A DNA stretch of 64,000 bases from Squalus acanthias (taxonomy: Eukaryota). Positions within the stretch are counted from its first letter, which is position 1, and every line of letters begins with the position of its first letter. Location: contig CM059432.1 of the NCBI GenBank assembly GCA_030390025.1, forward strand, positions 108,502,001-108,566,000. Reading direction: 5' to 3'. Shown here one piece after another: positions 63,139 through 64,000 of this stretch. Below the pieces are notes generated by a model. It was given only the letters and a program-made list of their open reading frames with translations. It made no database searches and was not told where the DNA came from. Made by a program: the position numbers and the translations under genes.

Positions 63139-63416
63139 CCTCTCAGTTTAACACTCTGTTCCAATCTGCACTCTGTGACAAACTGCACTCTAGCCTCCCT
63201 TATTTATACTGCTGAGATTTAAATAAGTGAGCTCTCTGGCAGTTACAGAACCAGATTAGACCACTTAATTAATTAATTACTCTCACCTGCTCTCCAGCAC
63301 AGAGCTTGATTAGCCCTGCCGAAGCCTGGAAGAAACTTAAAACTTGAAACAGTAATTTTAAATGCTAATTGCAAGCACACAAGACTAGAATTTATAAAAA
63401 TAAGAGATTAACCTTT

Positions 63417-63887
63417 AAGATTGGTTCCAGGGATGAGGGACTTCAGTTATGTGGATAGACTGGAGAAGCTGGGGTTGTTCTCCTTAGAGCAGAGAAGGTT
63501 GAGAGGAGATTTGATAGAGGTGCTCAAAATCATGAGGGGTCTGGACAGAGTAGATAGAGAGAAACTGTTCCCATTGGCAGAAGGGTCAAGAACCAGAGGA
63601 CACAGATTTAAGGTGATTGGAGAAGAACCAAAGGCGACATGAGGAAAATAATTTTTATTCAGCGAGTGGTTAGGATCTGGAATGCTCTGCCTGAAAGGGT
63701 GGTGGAGGCAGATTCAATCGTGGCTTTCAAAAGGGAGTTGGATAAGTACCTGAAGGAAAAACATTTGCAGGGCTACGAGGAAAGGGCGGGGGAGTGGGAC
63801 TAGATGAAGTGCTCTTGCAGAGAGCCGACACGAGCTCGACGGGCTGAATGGCCTCCTTCTGTTCTGTAACCATTCTATGATTCTATG
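63417..63887 (+). mobile_element. CR1 3' end (continuation of 57885-57960)
   Basis: VPGMRDFSYVDRLEKLGLFSLEQRRLRGDL followed by (ATTCTATG)2 tail. Confidence 0.9.
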
Positions 63888-64000
63888 AAAATTACCCAGC
63901 CTCTGCTTGTCACCTTGCCATAGTGTCAGAGCGAAGATCACGATACTTGAATACCTTTGGTGTTCAATGTCCCACCTGGACTCAATTATTTTATTTGATT

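Larger units (their letters stand above)
57961..63416 (-). mobile_element. Near full-length CR1 LINE
   Basis: 5' UTR, ORF1, APE-RT ORF2 and 3' tail. It splits a plus-strand CR1 (57885-57960 and 63417-63887), with AAGA at both junctions. Confidence 0.92.

Overview
Repeat-dominated vertebrate DNA, most likely an intron or intergenic region of a cartilaginous fish. The taxon is inferred from the Deu-domain SINEs and the CR1/L2/Penelope repertoire. No host protein-coding exon can be recognised with confidence. Contents: (i) many CR1 LINEs, including one near full-length copy at 57961-63416 and two young 5'-truncated copies with long open RT frames; (ii) an L2 LINE and Deu-domain SINEs; (iii) at least five decayed two-gene PIF/Harbinger transposons (DDE transposase plus a convergent, intron-containing Myb/SANT-like ORF2) and related MITEs, often nested in one another; (iv) Penelope-like relics carrying minimal hammerhead ribozymes, one folded into a perfect 186-bp palindrome. 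The most striking structure is a ~0.9-kb near-identical inverted duplication (9934-10027 plus 11452-12264, versus 28035-28946). It brackets two oppositely oriented Harbinger copies, and its direction and relative timing can be read from TSDs and nested insertions.
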